A stretch of DNA of 64,000 nucleotides from Octopus vulgaris (Eukaryota). Shown here one piece after another: positions 12,379-27,300 of the stretch (positions within the stretch are counted from its first letter, which is position 1; each line of letters begins with the position of its first letter). The position numbers and the translations under genes are program-made. The stretch is from the NCBI GenBank assembly GCA_951406725.2, contig OX597814.1, positions 144,646,001 to 144,710,000 of the forward strand. Reading direction: 5' to 3'. The notes beneath the pieces are model-generated. The model had not been told where the DNA came from. It made no database searches and saw only the letters and a program-made list of their open reading frames with translations.

Positions 12379-15300
12379 CTGAAAAAAAAAATTCATAAAC
12401 AGAATTAACTTAATATAGTAGATTATTGATATAAAAAAAAAAAGTACACAAGCCTGATAGAAAATTACAATTAGAATCCCAAATCACATCATGAAAAAAA
12501 TGGAGATCATTTTTAATGTCTATTATTATGCTGACATGGAGTCAGATGAATACACTGTAGCAGAGTTTAAGTTTTCTATGGCCAGATGCCCTTTCCTGCT
12601 CCAGGAAATGTATCTACATTGGATACTGTATGTAGTACCTTGATATACTACAACTAAACCTTTTTTTTTTGATCAGTTGTTTCATAAAGATCTGGAATTA
12701 AAAATGTTTTCTATTTTTCATGTTAATAACAGAACTTAATATTTCAAGAATGTGCCCAATAAGTCTTCTCTACTCCATGCCAGAATGAAATAAAAAGACA
12801 TGAAGAGTGTTATACTCAGCTGTAAACCTGTCCTATTAGGGATTACGTCTAGAACTACATTAACATGTTCTTTCCATAGTTAAAGTGGACAGGGTGTGAT
12901 AGGGAACTTTTGGGTGGAAATTTCTACATTTCTAGCAAGTCATGTAATAATGTGAAGGGCCCTCTCTCCTTGTGATATAAGTGTAAATCTTAAATTATAC
13001 AGCTTTTCTTTTTCTACAATATGAGTGAAAAAAAGTTTTTAAAAAAATGTAATTGATAATGTAGCAGATAATTGTAAAACTTTGAGCAAACAAGGTAACT
13101 TTTAACATGGTTGCTAGTGGAAAACAGATGTTAAACTTTTGAGGCTGGAACATCTTTGATAAAGCTATTCAATCAGGACTTAGGCATTCTATACTGATGA
13201 AACAATCCCCTTGTTATCTTCAGCTAACTTTCTATCTTAACTTGTTTTATTCGTTACATAATGGAAATACTGCACCAAATTCTCTACAAGAACACACCAG
13301 TATATTTTCCCTCATTTGCTTTCCTGCTCTGCATTGAAATTGCTCACTCTAAACTTTAGTTGCTAACTCTTTCCATTTTGTCAGGCTTATCACTGTGCAC
13401 ACATACCAGGTTGAGACAATTCTTGTCTCTTGAAATCAACAATGTCTCTTCCATCACACTCAGTGTATGTCTGGAGCTAGTTGCTGTCTTCATTGACCCA
13501 TATCCAATCAAATTATTTAACCAGATCTGGCCTCTCACCTCAGCCCTTACCATGTCATTCTAAAACTAAACAATCACATCACTGAAATCTCTAAACTACA
13601 AGATAATACACAATTAACTCAAAACAATATAAATAAACATCACATTTGACAGAATCTGAACACTAAAGGGTTACTTCAAATCTTCTGACCCTATCTGGCA
13701 AAACTGCCCATATACATGGGTCCTGTCTATCTTTGATCTCTTGGATCAATGGCTTCTGTTAAGTTGCCTCCCTCAATATTGCATCCCACCTCAGTTGAGG
13801 GATCTTGTCTTGCAAGTTATTTGGTGACCCTAGTAGTGCTGATGTCATGAGAAAAGTACACAATATACTCTGTAAAGTGGTTGGCATTAAGAAGGGAACC
13901 AAACTGAAGAGACTATATCAAAGCAGACATTGGAACTCAGAATGGTAAGCAATAACATGTAAAAAGTCCTGGGGTCCCTTTATCCAATCTCCCAAGTGTT
14001 GGTGCCATGAAAATCACATCAAGTACACTGTAAAATGGTTGGCAAGAGGAAGGGCCACAAGCCATAAAAACTATGCCAAATGACACATGCAAGCTTCAGT
14101 CTATAGAAGCAGTAGCTCCCGATAGGAGGCAACTTGGATTGAAACAATCTGTACCACCCATGCTAGCATGGAAAGCAAACAAAAAATATTATGAACTCTT
14201 GTAACAAAATGAAGTACCATTTTATAATCGAAATATTAATATTTCTAAATCTCTCTAAAGGAGACTATGGTAACGGTACTGGATATTAACAGTTATCACC
14301 AAGCTAACATGGCAGTCCAGAAAAATAGGATGAAGGCTGCCATCGCCTCTAGCTAGCTATGTGACACACGAACCTGTGTCCATTATAACCTTGGAACAGG
14401 GGAGGTCAGCAGCTTCCCCTTGCTGATTTGGCATCTACAGACTAGTTTCAGGGTAGTTGCCCCTTATCAGTGTAGAGTAGCTGAAGCCAGCAGGTGTTGC
14501 TACTGACCATATGTTCGATGGATTATTCACCTAAATTAAGAATATATCCACTGAATTTAGGTAAATAATTCTTCGAACAGACGGTCAGTAGCGATGCCTG
14601 CTGGGTTCGGCTACTCTTCACTGATAAGGGGCAACTACCCCGAAACTAGTGTGTAGATGCCAAATCAGCAAGGGGAAGCTGCTGACCTCCCCTTTTCGAA
14701 GGTTATAATGGACACAGGTTTGGAGCTAATCAATGGCAGCATTTGTCCTATTTTCCTGGACTGTCATGTTAGCTTGGTGATAACTATTAATACTGCTTTA
14801 TAATTTTTTATCAATACAATTTGGAATGACTCGATCAGCTTTCTCCATACTGGTTGATTTTTCTGCTTGTGTATGCTATTTATCATGATCAATCAGGGTT
14901 AGATTATAGTAAAATATGCTGAGAAGAACCAATCTGAAACATTCACAAGTAAATCAAATGACTCCTTACCCTCGGCACTCTGGCGAATGTCCCAAACTTT
15001 CATATTTCCTTGCCCACCGAAAGCAAAGACAAAAGGTGAATCTGGACATGGCAGTGCACACATAATTTCTCCCTGTAAAAGACGAAATTTAACAAACTGT
15101 TACTGTGAAAGCCTTTAAATCATTTTGCAATTAATTGAAAGTTGATAAAATACTGTAATTTAACATTATAAGACTGAAAAAATAACAATAATTTCATGAA
15201 ATAAAAACTGTGCATGAAATCCTTGCAAAGGAGTAGCAAGCTGGTTCTCTGTGCCAGTTTTAGTAGGTGCAAACATGGGCATGTGATCAAGAACTTTGTT

Positions 15301-18300
15301 TCTTAACCTCATGGTTTTAGATTCAGCCCCAGTGCATGGCAGAGCAGCCTGTCTAGTGCATGCACACTCACATATCTCTCTATATATAAAGCTGAAGTTG
15401 TCTGTGTATGGCAGGTTTGGTAGCCTTCAACTAACACTATCTCCTCCGAGACCCTGCAGTGCAAGTTGACCAAAATTGAGATTATGATAGAAGAAGGCTT
15501 GCTCTTCCTTCCGTAGAAGAAAAAAATTCAAATCAGACCTTGTTAACACCAAAAATTATTTACATCAAAAAGGTCCTTTCTTTCTAAGAAAATCCCTATT
15601 TTTTAACGATTTTTTGACTGCTGTGTCGCCATTTTTCGCTGTATTTCAACCAGAAAAATGTTCACTTAAAGAGAATAACAAGCTATAATGCAAGATTTTT
15701 ACTTTTCAAAAATTCCAATTCTAAAGAGTTGAAACAAACCCGAGCAACGCCAGGCGATACTGCTAGTATATATATATACTAGCAGTATCGCCGGCGTTGC
15801 TCGGGTTTGTAAGGGAAATAACTATATAAGCATTTTTAGTGAGTTATAGCAAAAAAATGCATTAAATTGACTCATCGTAGACATTTTTAGAGAGTTACTA
15901 CCCTTATATAATAGCGAAAAATGCATTAAAATGGAATAAAAAATGATGGTAAATTTTTTTTAAATCGTAGACTCATCGTAGACATGCGCTAATACCCAGA
16001 AGGGCTCGATATGAATCACGACTATAAGATACCCGGTTTTGGTTACACTGCACCGCAAAATGTGGGAGTAGTTAGGAATCTAAATCGTAGGAGACAGACA
16101 CACAACCTTACTTTTATATATAAAGATTTGTGCAACAACTAAAACATTCGGTTGTGCAAATTGTTTGCACAGGAAACCTGCCCTGTGTGGCGATAATTGC
16201 CGTTTTTGTGGATCTGTTTCAGCTTTTTTAGCGATTTCTGTTTTGGCGACTTCAAGCCATGAAGTCGTTGTTCTAAAAGAACGCTGGTCTCCTCGACAAC
16301 GCATTACGACGTTGATTTCCTTACACTCCCTTCCCCACAGCTTCACGAGGGAGGGAAGAAGGGGGAAAAGCAACACAGGTGCAGGTGTGACCATGGACGC
16401 CAACTCCGCCGCCATCGACACATGAAAAAATATGCATTAAAATGGAATAAAAAATGATGGTAAATTATTTTTAAAATCGTAGACTCATCGTAGATGCGCG
16501 CTAATACCCAGACGGGCTCGATATGAATCACGACTATAAGATACCCGAATTTGGTTAAACTGTACCGCAAAATGTGGGAGTAGTTAGGAATCTAAATCGA
16601 AGGGGACAGACACTCACACAACTACAGTTTTATATATATAGATATAAGACAAATTCAAACAAAATTGATGACAGTCAAAGAGGCATTCACTGAATTATAT
16701 TTATATTCCTATATTCATTTTGAATGTCCTTTTGACTTGCATTGTTTTTGTTTGAATCTGTCAGTCATTATCAATTTGCCTAATATATATATATCTATAA
16801 ATCTTCAAGAACCATAAGGTCTCTTTCTTCTTCCACACACCAATCCACTTTAGTATATTACATGCAATTAAAATATAAATAATAAACCAACCCCACTGAC
16901 TTTGAGAAGTTGTTGAATTTACATGCATACACAAGAGAAAAAAGTCTTTTTACTTTACTCCCATCCACCATATACAATACAGGGCGTTTTTGTCTTGCAA
17001 AGTGTACTTGGTGATGTCATTAATGCTGGGGCTCTGAAAAAAGGCACCTAGTGCACTCTTTAAAAGGGGTGGTGTTAGGAAGGGCATTCTGTTGCAGAAA
17101 CCAAGTTGTCAAAACAGGCACCAGTTCTCTTGCTCACTGGATCCTGCCAAAACCATCCAACCAACATAGAAGACCCATGTAAGACAATGGTGAGGATGAA
17201 AGTAAAGTATTTGAACAAGGTTTGTTAAGTCAGAAACAAAAATACTTACCAATTTCAAGTCTTTGGTGACAATATGTTTTGGCTCATTGTCTTTAACATC
17301 CCATACTTTGACTGTCTGGTCAGATGAAGAAGTAACAAGCATGTGCTCTATACTTGAACTCAGGACAAGCCCTGGACATAACAGAGAAAAAAAAAAAAAA
17401 AAAAAGCAAGTTTAGAAATCATAATAAAATATTAATTTGTAATTATCAAAATAAGCAATGATTTATGGTTTTCTGTATAAATGGTGACCGGAGACCTATT
17501 GAGTCAAGTACATCAACATCAAAAAATCAAATGGAAATTGTAGTTGTGATACCTGTACTGGTGGCACGTAAAAAGCACCATCTGAATGTGGCCGATGTCA
17601 GCGCCACCATGACTGGCTTCCGTGCCGGTAGCACTTAAAAAGCACCAACAGATCGTGGCCGGTGGCACTTAAAAAGCACCAACAGATCGTGGCCGGTGGC
17701 ACTTAAAAAGCACCAACAGATCATGGCCGTTGGCAGCCTCGCCTGGCACCTGTGCCGGTGGCATGTAAGAAGCAACCACTACACTCATGGAGTGGTTGGT
17801 GTTAGGAAGGGCATCCAGCCATAGAAACATTGCCAGATCAGACTGGGCCTGGTGCAGCCTTCTGGCTTCCCAGACCCCAGTTGAACTGTCCAACCCATGC
17901 TATCATGGAAAATGGATGTTAAATGATGATGAAACACCAGAGTTGATTATTTACTTCCATGAACCACAAAGACTCTACAATGTAAGAATGTCATGCGTTT
18001 GGTGATAAAAATGATCGACTCTTTTGTACCATATTTCAGTTGAAATACACTGCCTTTGTTTTGATAGGAAAATAGTAAAATAACTCTTGGCATTATTATG
18101 CTGGTGTTTGGAACATAAATTAATACCAATTTTTGATCATCATAATTGTTTTGTTGACTATTTTTCCATATTTGCACAGGCTGAATGGAATTTGTTGAGG
18201 AGGAGTTTCTAACTGTCACTAACTCTCAAACATTTCCAAGTTAGGCAACAGTATCCCATGACCCATATTTTCATCATGGAAAATTGAAAATAAAGGACAT

Positions 18301-21300
18301 CGCTTACAGCTATCACATGTCAAAGCAAGGAAACAGTAACACACACAATATATGATGCACTTCAAAGGCTTTAATCAGTTTGGGGCAAGTAAAGTCACTT
18401 TCCGAAAGTTCCACACACGGGACTGAACCTAAAATTCATGTAGTTGGAAAGCAAACTTCTTACCACTTAGCTATGAATACTTTTTAACTTGCATAATTTT
18501 GAAAAAAACACATCAAGTTTGTATCATAGAACTATATGCAATCTCAGGTAGGTTGGTATTAGAAGGGTTACAACACAAATCCTTGGAGCATTGCAGTTCT
18601 TTCTTTATCAAAATTCTAGAGAAGTTCAAGGCATATATTAAAGCAATGGGTCTGTAGTTTAATCTGCTAGTATTCAAATCAGCCATAACTGGACCAAATA
18701 TTCTTCTTGTTTTACATTCAAACTTACCAGGACTGGTTTCTCAAACCTACCCTATAACGTCATTCTAAAAACAAACAATCACACCATTGAAATGATCATC
18801 ATACTGAATAAAGACTCATGCCAAATCCATCTTCTGTTTCATTCATTGATTATTATTATTATAATATATGTAGTATAGGTGTAGGAGTGGCTGTGTACTA
18901 AGTAGCTTGCTTACCAGCCACATGGTTCCGGGTTCAGTCCCACTGCGTGGCACCTTGGGCAAGTGTCTTCTACTATAACCTCAGGCCGACCAAAGCTTTG
19001 TGAGTGGATTTGGTAGACGGAAACTGAAAGAAGCCCGTCATATATATATATATGTATGTGTGTATATGTTTGTGAGTGTGTGTGTTTGTCCCCCCAACAT
19101 CGCTTGACAACTGATGCTGGTGTGTTTACGTCTCTGTAACTTAGTGGTTCGGCAAAAGAGACCGATAGAATAAGTACTGGGCTGACAAAGAATAAGTCCC
19201 GGGGTCGATTTGCTTGGCGGTGCTCCAGCATGGCCACAGTCACATGACTGAAACAAGTAAAAAAGTATATGTAGATATGCACATACATATACAAAGGTGT
19301 CAAACTTTAAAAAAAAAAAAAAAATCCAATACTGACATATACATACTGATAATTGTACAATCATTTTGTCAAGTGGTTTGTAACATGGGATAAAATACTG
19401 TGCTGAAACAGACCTATTTAACTCGTACAAACATAGGAAAGATAAATGATACTATTTTTAATCATGAAATTTCAAGGAGTGTGTGTTTATGAGAGGTATT
19501 AACAGATATTTTGCAATAGGATGAACAGTATGCAACTTACCAGAAACTGCAGCAGTGTGTGCTGATATTGTATAGATAGGTTTATCATAACGGACATCAA
19601 CGTAGTAGACATTCCCTTTATCAGTGCTGGCCTACAGAACAGCAACAAAAAAATGTACAACTAACATATTTACACACTGACACAAACCAAAACACATTTA
19701 TGCTATAAAAAAATATTTTGTAAAGCTGGGAGACTAATATGAGCGACAGATATAGCTGAGAGCTTCGTGTGAATACACTAAACAAATTGCAGACTGATAA
19801 AAGCATTTGTATTTAACTCTTGGACCTCGAGTCTCTGCGGCAACTTCTCTGCTATTATAAGATAAAATAAGTGTCCTATATATTGAGTTCTATTAGGAGA
19901 GGTCAAAAATTATCTGCACTTTTGCCACTCCTTCTTAAGATAGGCTGCACTGCTTCCAGTGCTTGCATGCTAAAAGTAGTACTTTTGTGGTTAAGTAACC
20001 AATGAGGAAACTTTGATAAAGATCACTGATCCTATGAGAGAAACTTAAAAGTTTCATGAGCTAATGGAAATCATCATCATCATTCTTTAATGTCTATTTT
20101 CCATGCTGGCATGGGTTGGATGGTTTGACCAGAGTTGCACCAGGCCCCAGCATGATATGGCTTGGTTTCTACAGCTGGAGGTCCTTCCTAATGCCAACCA
20201 CTTTACAGATTGTGCTGGGTACATTTTAAGTGGCACTGGCAAGAAAGCCTCTTATGTAGCACCAGCACAGGTGCTATTATGTGGTGCCAGCACAGGTGCT
20301 TTTGTGTGGCACCTGCACAGGGATTTTGCAGGCCAATCCTCTTAAGCAAAAGCAGCAGCATGGGAAATTCTGCTGTGGAAGACAGATCTAGTACTGTCTT
20401 ACAAAGATAAAGGTAAAATTGGATAATGTAAGGATATTGAGATGATCATGGCTAGAACCCCTTTGATCATAGGCCAGCTGGACTTAGGTTTACCTGGTGA
20501 TAAACAGCACCACAAAACAATAACAACTATAACAGTTTCTAATTTAAGCACAAGTCTAGCAATTATTGAAAGGAAGAGGTTAGTCAATTATATCAATCCC
20601 GAGGTCTTCAATGTTACTTTATTTTATCAATGGGTAAAAAGTAAAGTTGACCTCATCTGGATCTGAACTCAGAACACAAAGAGCTGGAAGAAATAGCAAG
20701 GCATTTCTTCTAAAGCTCTAATGATTCTGTCAGCAATAATTTTAATGAACTAACGATAACACTATTGCTTGATTTGCTAATTACAGCAACCAACTTGACG
20801 AAAGCTGAAGCAGGACCAAACAATAACAATGAGCTAATCACATTTACTATCCCCATATTGTTCTGTAATTAATTAAAACATCATTTTAGTAAATTATTGA
20901 GCAGGCTACATGGTGGCTGAGTTCTTTTTGAATATTGGGTCTCATGGAGCAAAGTGGCTAAGTTCCTCTCGAGTGTTGGGCCACATGGAGGCAAAGTGGC
21001 TGATTACCTTTCAAGTGTTGGGCTTCACAGAGGCAACGATCAAGACTTTTGACATTATGTCGCATGTGAGAAAAAGACTCATCAAGCCAAGCAAAATCGC
21101 AGTCATTAAAGATACCAGTGTCACACAACTGGCACTAGTGCTGGTGACATGTAAAATCACCCATTACACTCTTGGAGTGGTTGGCATTAGGAAGGGCATT
21201 TGGCGTATGGAGCCTGGTGCAACCTTCCAGCTTGCTAACCCAGTCAAACTGTTCAATCCATGCCAGCATGGACATGGGATGTTAAATGAGGAGGATGATA

Positions 21301-24300
21301 AATTGAAGTCAAAAGACATACCTCATTATGAGCCCTTCATTTCAAAGATGTTAAAAAAAGAAAAAAACCCAAAACACTTACATAAAAGAAATAAGGATTG
21401 TAATGGTTCCAAACAACGCGTTCTATTTCTGATCCAGCAAATGACCAAGTCTTGTGGTTGTAACCAGCATCTCGGCAGTCAAATAATCGTACAGTACTGT
21501 TGAAGATAAAAAATGTAAGATATTCAATATATATATGTATGTAGAATCAACAAATGAGACTGAGAATCTTTCTCTCCCTTTCTCATATATATATATATAT
21601 ATATATACATACGAATGTATACATGTAAAAAGAGAAGGCAGACAAATCGTCCAACCCATGCTAGCATGGAAAACGGACATTAAACGATGATGATGATTAT
21701 CTACAGAGAAAAATTGTCTCCATGACAAAAATACTGTGAATGGCTCTCTTATAGATTCGAATATGGTCCAAGCATATTTGAATTAGTAACAAGTTCACAC
21801 ATTCATACATGTAATATTTCCCCATAGCCAGTTAAGTTCTCAGAGAATACTGGAAATGAATGACACTGAAATTCATTTACAACTATCACATGATGCCAAA
21901 ACAAGTAGACACAATCACACACACACATACATATCATCAATTAACATCTGTTTTCCATGCTGGCATAGATTGGATAGTTTGACTGAAAACTAGTAAGCTG
22001 GAGAGCTGCACCGGGTTCCAATCTGATTTGGCATGGTTTCAACAGCTGGATACTCTTCCTAACACCAACCACTCCAAGAATGTAGTGGGTGCTTTTTACA
22101 TGCCACTGGCATAGGTGCTAGTTACGTAACACTAGCATCAGCCATGACCATGGTCTCATATACATATCTGAGACCCCCTTCGGTCATGACACAGACCATG
22201 GGATTGCACCTAGAAAGTAACCCTCCCAGGCACATGTCCGGGCAAGGTTGTTTATGGAAGACCAGCAGTCGCCCATGCATACCGGCCTCCCTCCATCCAC
22301 GCCACCAGTGTTATCCAAGGGAAAGGCAAAGGCACCCGTGACGTCGCAACTCATTTCTACAGCTGACTGAACTGGAGCAATGTGAAATAAAGTGTCTTGC
22401 TCAAGAACACAACACGCAGCCCGGTCCGGGATTCAAGCTCACAACCTCATGATCGTAAGCTCGATGCTCTAACCACTGAGCCATGCGCCTTCATTTATAT
22501 ATATGTATGTATATATATGATCATCACTTATTGTCAAAGTTCAATGCTGGCATAGGTTGAATGGTTTGACACTCATTGCAAATAAAAGGCCAAATATACA
22601 AATGAAGATCCTGCTACCAACAGGGCAAAAATATAATTCTGTATAACTGTGGAAGGAAATGTTGAATCACATGGAGGTGACTGAGACCTTTGGTGATTTG
22701 ATGTGCTTGAGAAAGCATGTTAAACTAAGTGAAATCTTAGTTGTGGCCAGCACTGGTGACACACAAAACGCACCCAGTACATTCTGTGGTGTGGTTGGCT
22801 TTAGGAAGGGTATCCAGCTGTAGAAACCAAAGGTAAATCAAACTGGAGCTCATTGCAGTTATTTGTCTTACCAGCCCCAGTCAAACTGTCTTACCCATGC
22901 TAGCATGGAAAACAGATGCTGACTGATGATGATAATGATGGGTGGAAAGAAAAAGAGGGGAAAGCTTACCTATCAAAAGAACCAGTTAATAAGGTCTGTT
23001 GTTCAGCAGGATGCCACTTCACACACTGCACCTATAATAAAGAAAACAGGGAATATTTATCAAAGTGAAGATTACATTTATATAAAGCAAATATAAGCAG
23101 AAAAAAGAAGCTTTCTCTAAAGCTTCTTTACTAGAGCGACAATTTTAAAAAAAAATGTATACTATTAAAGCTTGTGTTTTTATATATGAATTCTCTTCCA
23201 GCTATTACATGCCATCAGCTAAAGAAAAAGCCTTTGTTAAAAGCAGCAGCTAAATACTGCATTAAAAAAAAAATCACATTACATAATTTAGTCCAAGACA
23301 CATCATCATCATTATGCTTGGTCAGAACTAACTGGGGTCTAAATAACAATGGAGCTTCTTGACCAATCAGAATGTTATGAACTAATTAATGTGCTTTAAC
23401 AAGGAGCACAACACTGTGTAGTAAGATGTCAAAGACATCCACCAATAAACTACAACCCCTGGCCCAGACACACTGTGCACTCATCACTGCAGTTCCCCTG
23501 AACTAGTTTGTTGTATACACCAACACCTGGGTCCACTCCTACTCTTGTCATCAATATTGTACCTTGTCACAAACAAATTGCAATGCTCTACTCATCCTCC
23601 ACATAACATCAACTATTTAACATCTCCTTACTACTCGTGTTGGCTTACAGATACTCAGCCCTCACATATGCACAGGTAACCTACGACCTCACTTACCCTA
23701 CAACTATGAACAGAGGCCATCAATATACTAAATTAAAGAATAGTAAGAAAAAATTTAGCACAACAACGATTTTTCTATAACTGTCACCTGTGAGGGTCAT
23801 AGACACTACTACTCCTTGGCTATCGTCATTGTTTTAATATCCTCTTTTCCTTGCTTGCATGGGTTGGATGAAATTTGTCGAGGTAGATCTATGGTTGAAT
23901 ATAATTCCTATCACCATGACAGGGACACCTAACCACACACAGGTGTGTATGTGTATATATATATGTGTGTGTGTGTGTGTGTTTACATGAATAAGTACAT
24001 AAATGCAAAACAAGGTGCTACAAATGGCACCTGAATACCAAAGGTAGAGTAAAAGGTTTTTTTATTAAAGCTGCGAAAATATCGCAAAAACTGTTACTCA
24101 GAGTTTCACGTTCCTGTTTGTTGGACAGTTGTGATTCTTGATCACAACTCTCTAACAGCTTTTGTGATGTTTTTGCAGCTTAATAAAAAAACTATATATA
24201 TATATATATAGCTCCATCCAAGCGGGATCACTGCCAGAGCAGCTGTCTGGCTTCTGTGCCGGTGGCAAGTAAAAAGCACCATTTGAGCGCAATCGTTCCC

Positions 24301-27300
24301 AGTGCTGCTGGACTGACTCCTGTGCAGGTGGCATGTAAAAAAACACCATTTGAGCGTGGTCGTTAGGAAGGGCATCCAGTTGTAGAAACTGCCAGATCAG
24401 ATTGGAGCCTGGTGCAGCCATCTGGTTCGCCAGTCCTCAGTTAAATCGTCCAACCCATGCTAGCAAGGAAAGTGGACATTAAATGATGACGCTGATGATG
24501 ATGATGATGATGATATATATATATATATGATGTGCATCTCTCAGTTTCTGTCAACGAAATCCTCTTACAAAGCTCTGGTTGGCTCATTTGTTCAATGTGT
24601 CATGCAGTGGGGCAGAATTGAGGGGAAAAAAACTGCACCTGTGCCTATGGCTTTCTAACCACAAAGCCACATTTGAAATAAAATTGCAAAGTTAGACGAT
24701 GATGTTGTAGGTGCTAAGAACTACACTCAAAATGAGAAACAAATATAGAGACTGACAAAGAGAAACAACTCACTAGACTGTTAAAAAATATAATATTACA
24801 AGGTATTTTGCCTACCATTCCACTTAGCAAATAACAATGAAGATAAAGTGTTTTTCTCTTATTGGCATAAATCTATAAATTTACGAGGATAAGGGTATAA
24901 TCTTTGAACTGATCTTGTCAATGATTTAAAAAGCAAAAATAAATCCTACTTTTTCTTCATGTTTTCTGATGGAGGATACAGCTTTGGCCTCTGTCAAGTC
25001 CCACAAACCAACAGTAAAATCTGCAGATGCACTGGCCAGAACATTTCTGGAAAAATAAAAAGGCTGGTACCATTAAGAAAAATATAGTTTATACAGCATT
25101 AAATAAAAACAACAATACTTGAATATCATAATAAAGCAAGATAGTGGTTTAACAGAATCATATTAGAATGTTACACAGAAAGCTTTATTGTGTTTGTTCT
25201 GATCTCTGTTTTCCAAGTTCAAATCCCACTGAGGTCAACTTTGTCCTTCATCATCATCATTCAATGTCTGTTTTCCATGCTGGCATGGGTTGGATGGTCT
25301 GACATGGAACAGGCCAGCTGGGTAGCTGTCCAGACTACAATTGTCTGTCGTGACATGGTTTCTTATTTCTTTATTGCCCACAAGGGGCTAAACATAGAGG
25401 AGACAAACAAGGACAGATAAGGAGATTAAGTTGATTACATCGACCCCAGTGCGTAACTGGTACTTAATTTATCGACCCCCAAAAGGATGAAAGGCAAAGT
25501 CGACGGCGGAATTTGAACTCAGAAAATAACGGCATATGAAATACCTATTTCTTTACTACCCACAAGGGGCTAAACACAGAGAGGACAAACAAGGACAGAC
25601 AAACAGATTAAGTCGATTATATCGACCCCAGTGCATAACTGGTACTTATTTAATCGACCCCGAAAGGATGAAAGGCAAGGTTGACCTTGGTGGAATTTGA
25701 ACTCAGAACGTAACGGCAGACAAAATACTGCTAAGCATTTCGCCCTTTGGGCTAACGTTTCTGCCAGCTCACCTGTTGTGACATGGTTTCTATGACTGGA
25801 TGCCCTTCCTAGTGCCAACCACTTCACAATGTGCTGGGTGCTTTTCATGTGCCACCAGCATGGGTGCATTTATGCAGCATCAGCATGAGTGCATTGTACA
25901 TGGTACTGGCACCTGTAAAGGACAAGCCAGTATGTATCATTTACTTGTTTCAGTCGCTGGACTGCAATCTTGCAGGTTGCATTGCCTTTAAGAATCTTAG
26001 TTGAACAAATTGCCCACAGTATTTACGTTTTTTTTTTAAAGTCTGGCATTTATTGTATCAGCCTTTTTCGCTGAATTACTGTGTTATTTACCAAGTTCTC
26101 CAATGGTTATGATGACGAGTGTTCCAGTTGATCCAATCAATGGAACAGCCTGCTCATGAAATTAATGTGCAAGTGGCTGAGCACTCCACAGACACGTGTA
26201 CCCTTAATTTAGTTCTCAGGGAGATTTGGTGTGATGCAGAACGTGATAAGGCTGGACCTTTGATATAGAGACACAACTTAATTTTTCCAGCTTAGTTGAC
26301 TGGACCAATGTGAAATCAAATGTCTTAGGACACAATGCACCACTGGGAATGGAATTGATAGCCTTCCAATTGCAAGTCAAACATCTTAAACCCTATGTCA
26401 TGTGCCTTCACTTGAACTGCTAAGTTACAAGGCTGTTAAAAGCCAACACTGGTTGTCAAGCATTGGGTGAGGAGGCAGTGCAACAAATACAGACACAAAG
26501 ATCCACAAACACACACATATATATATATACATACACACACAATGGGCTTCCACATAGTTTCCATCTACCAAATCTACTCACAAGACACTGGTCAGCCCAG
26601 GGCTACAGTAAAAGACACTTGCCCAAGGACTGACCCTGAAACCATATGGTTGCAAAGTGAGCTTCTCAACCACACAGCCATAGTCAACTAAGAAGTACCA
26701 GCCTAGGGTTGAAGATTGGCAGAACTATCAGAAGGTTGGTGATGTCTTGTGGTAATCTATTCTGGCCCATTGTTTTATAACCTCACAAAAACTGGGAGGA
26801 CTAAAAATAACAAAGTAGGCTCTACATCAGTGGCTCTCAACCATTTTGTACTTACGGACACCTTTGGTTCCTATTTTGCTCTACTGGACCTCTATAGCCG
26901 TTTGAGGTTCAAGAAAAAAAATCCTACTGTATTTTTATAATTAAATATTATTAGGAAATGTATATAAAGAATTGTTAAAATATTCCATAGAAGTATAACT
27001 AAATTATTCTGTTATTTGTTTTAGTTATTTGACTGCAGCCATGCTGGAGCACTGCCTTTAGTCAAACAAATCGACCCCAGGACTTATTTTTGTAAGCCTA
27101 GTACTTATTCCATCGGTCTCTTTCGCTGAACCAATAAGTTACGATGACCTAAACACACCAACATCTGTTGCCAAGCAAAGGTGGGGGGACAAACACACAC
27201 ACACACATATATGTATATACACAAAGTATGGGGGTTTAGTTCACAGGTGATCTAAACGATTAGGTACGCTAGGTAAGTGCTGTAAAGGTTATAGCCGAGA

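Noticed and set aside
13356-13563. Extra PWP1 exon in the last intron
   Set aside because: Exon 14 splices in frame to 12378; this ORF has no PWP1 similarity and overlaps a MITE fragment.
20910-21503. 197-aa ORF on +
   Set aside because: Runs through SINE sequence and antisense to PWP1 exon 11; no protein-like features.
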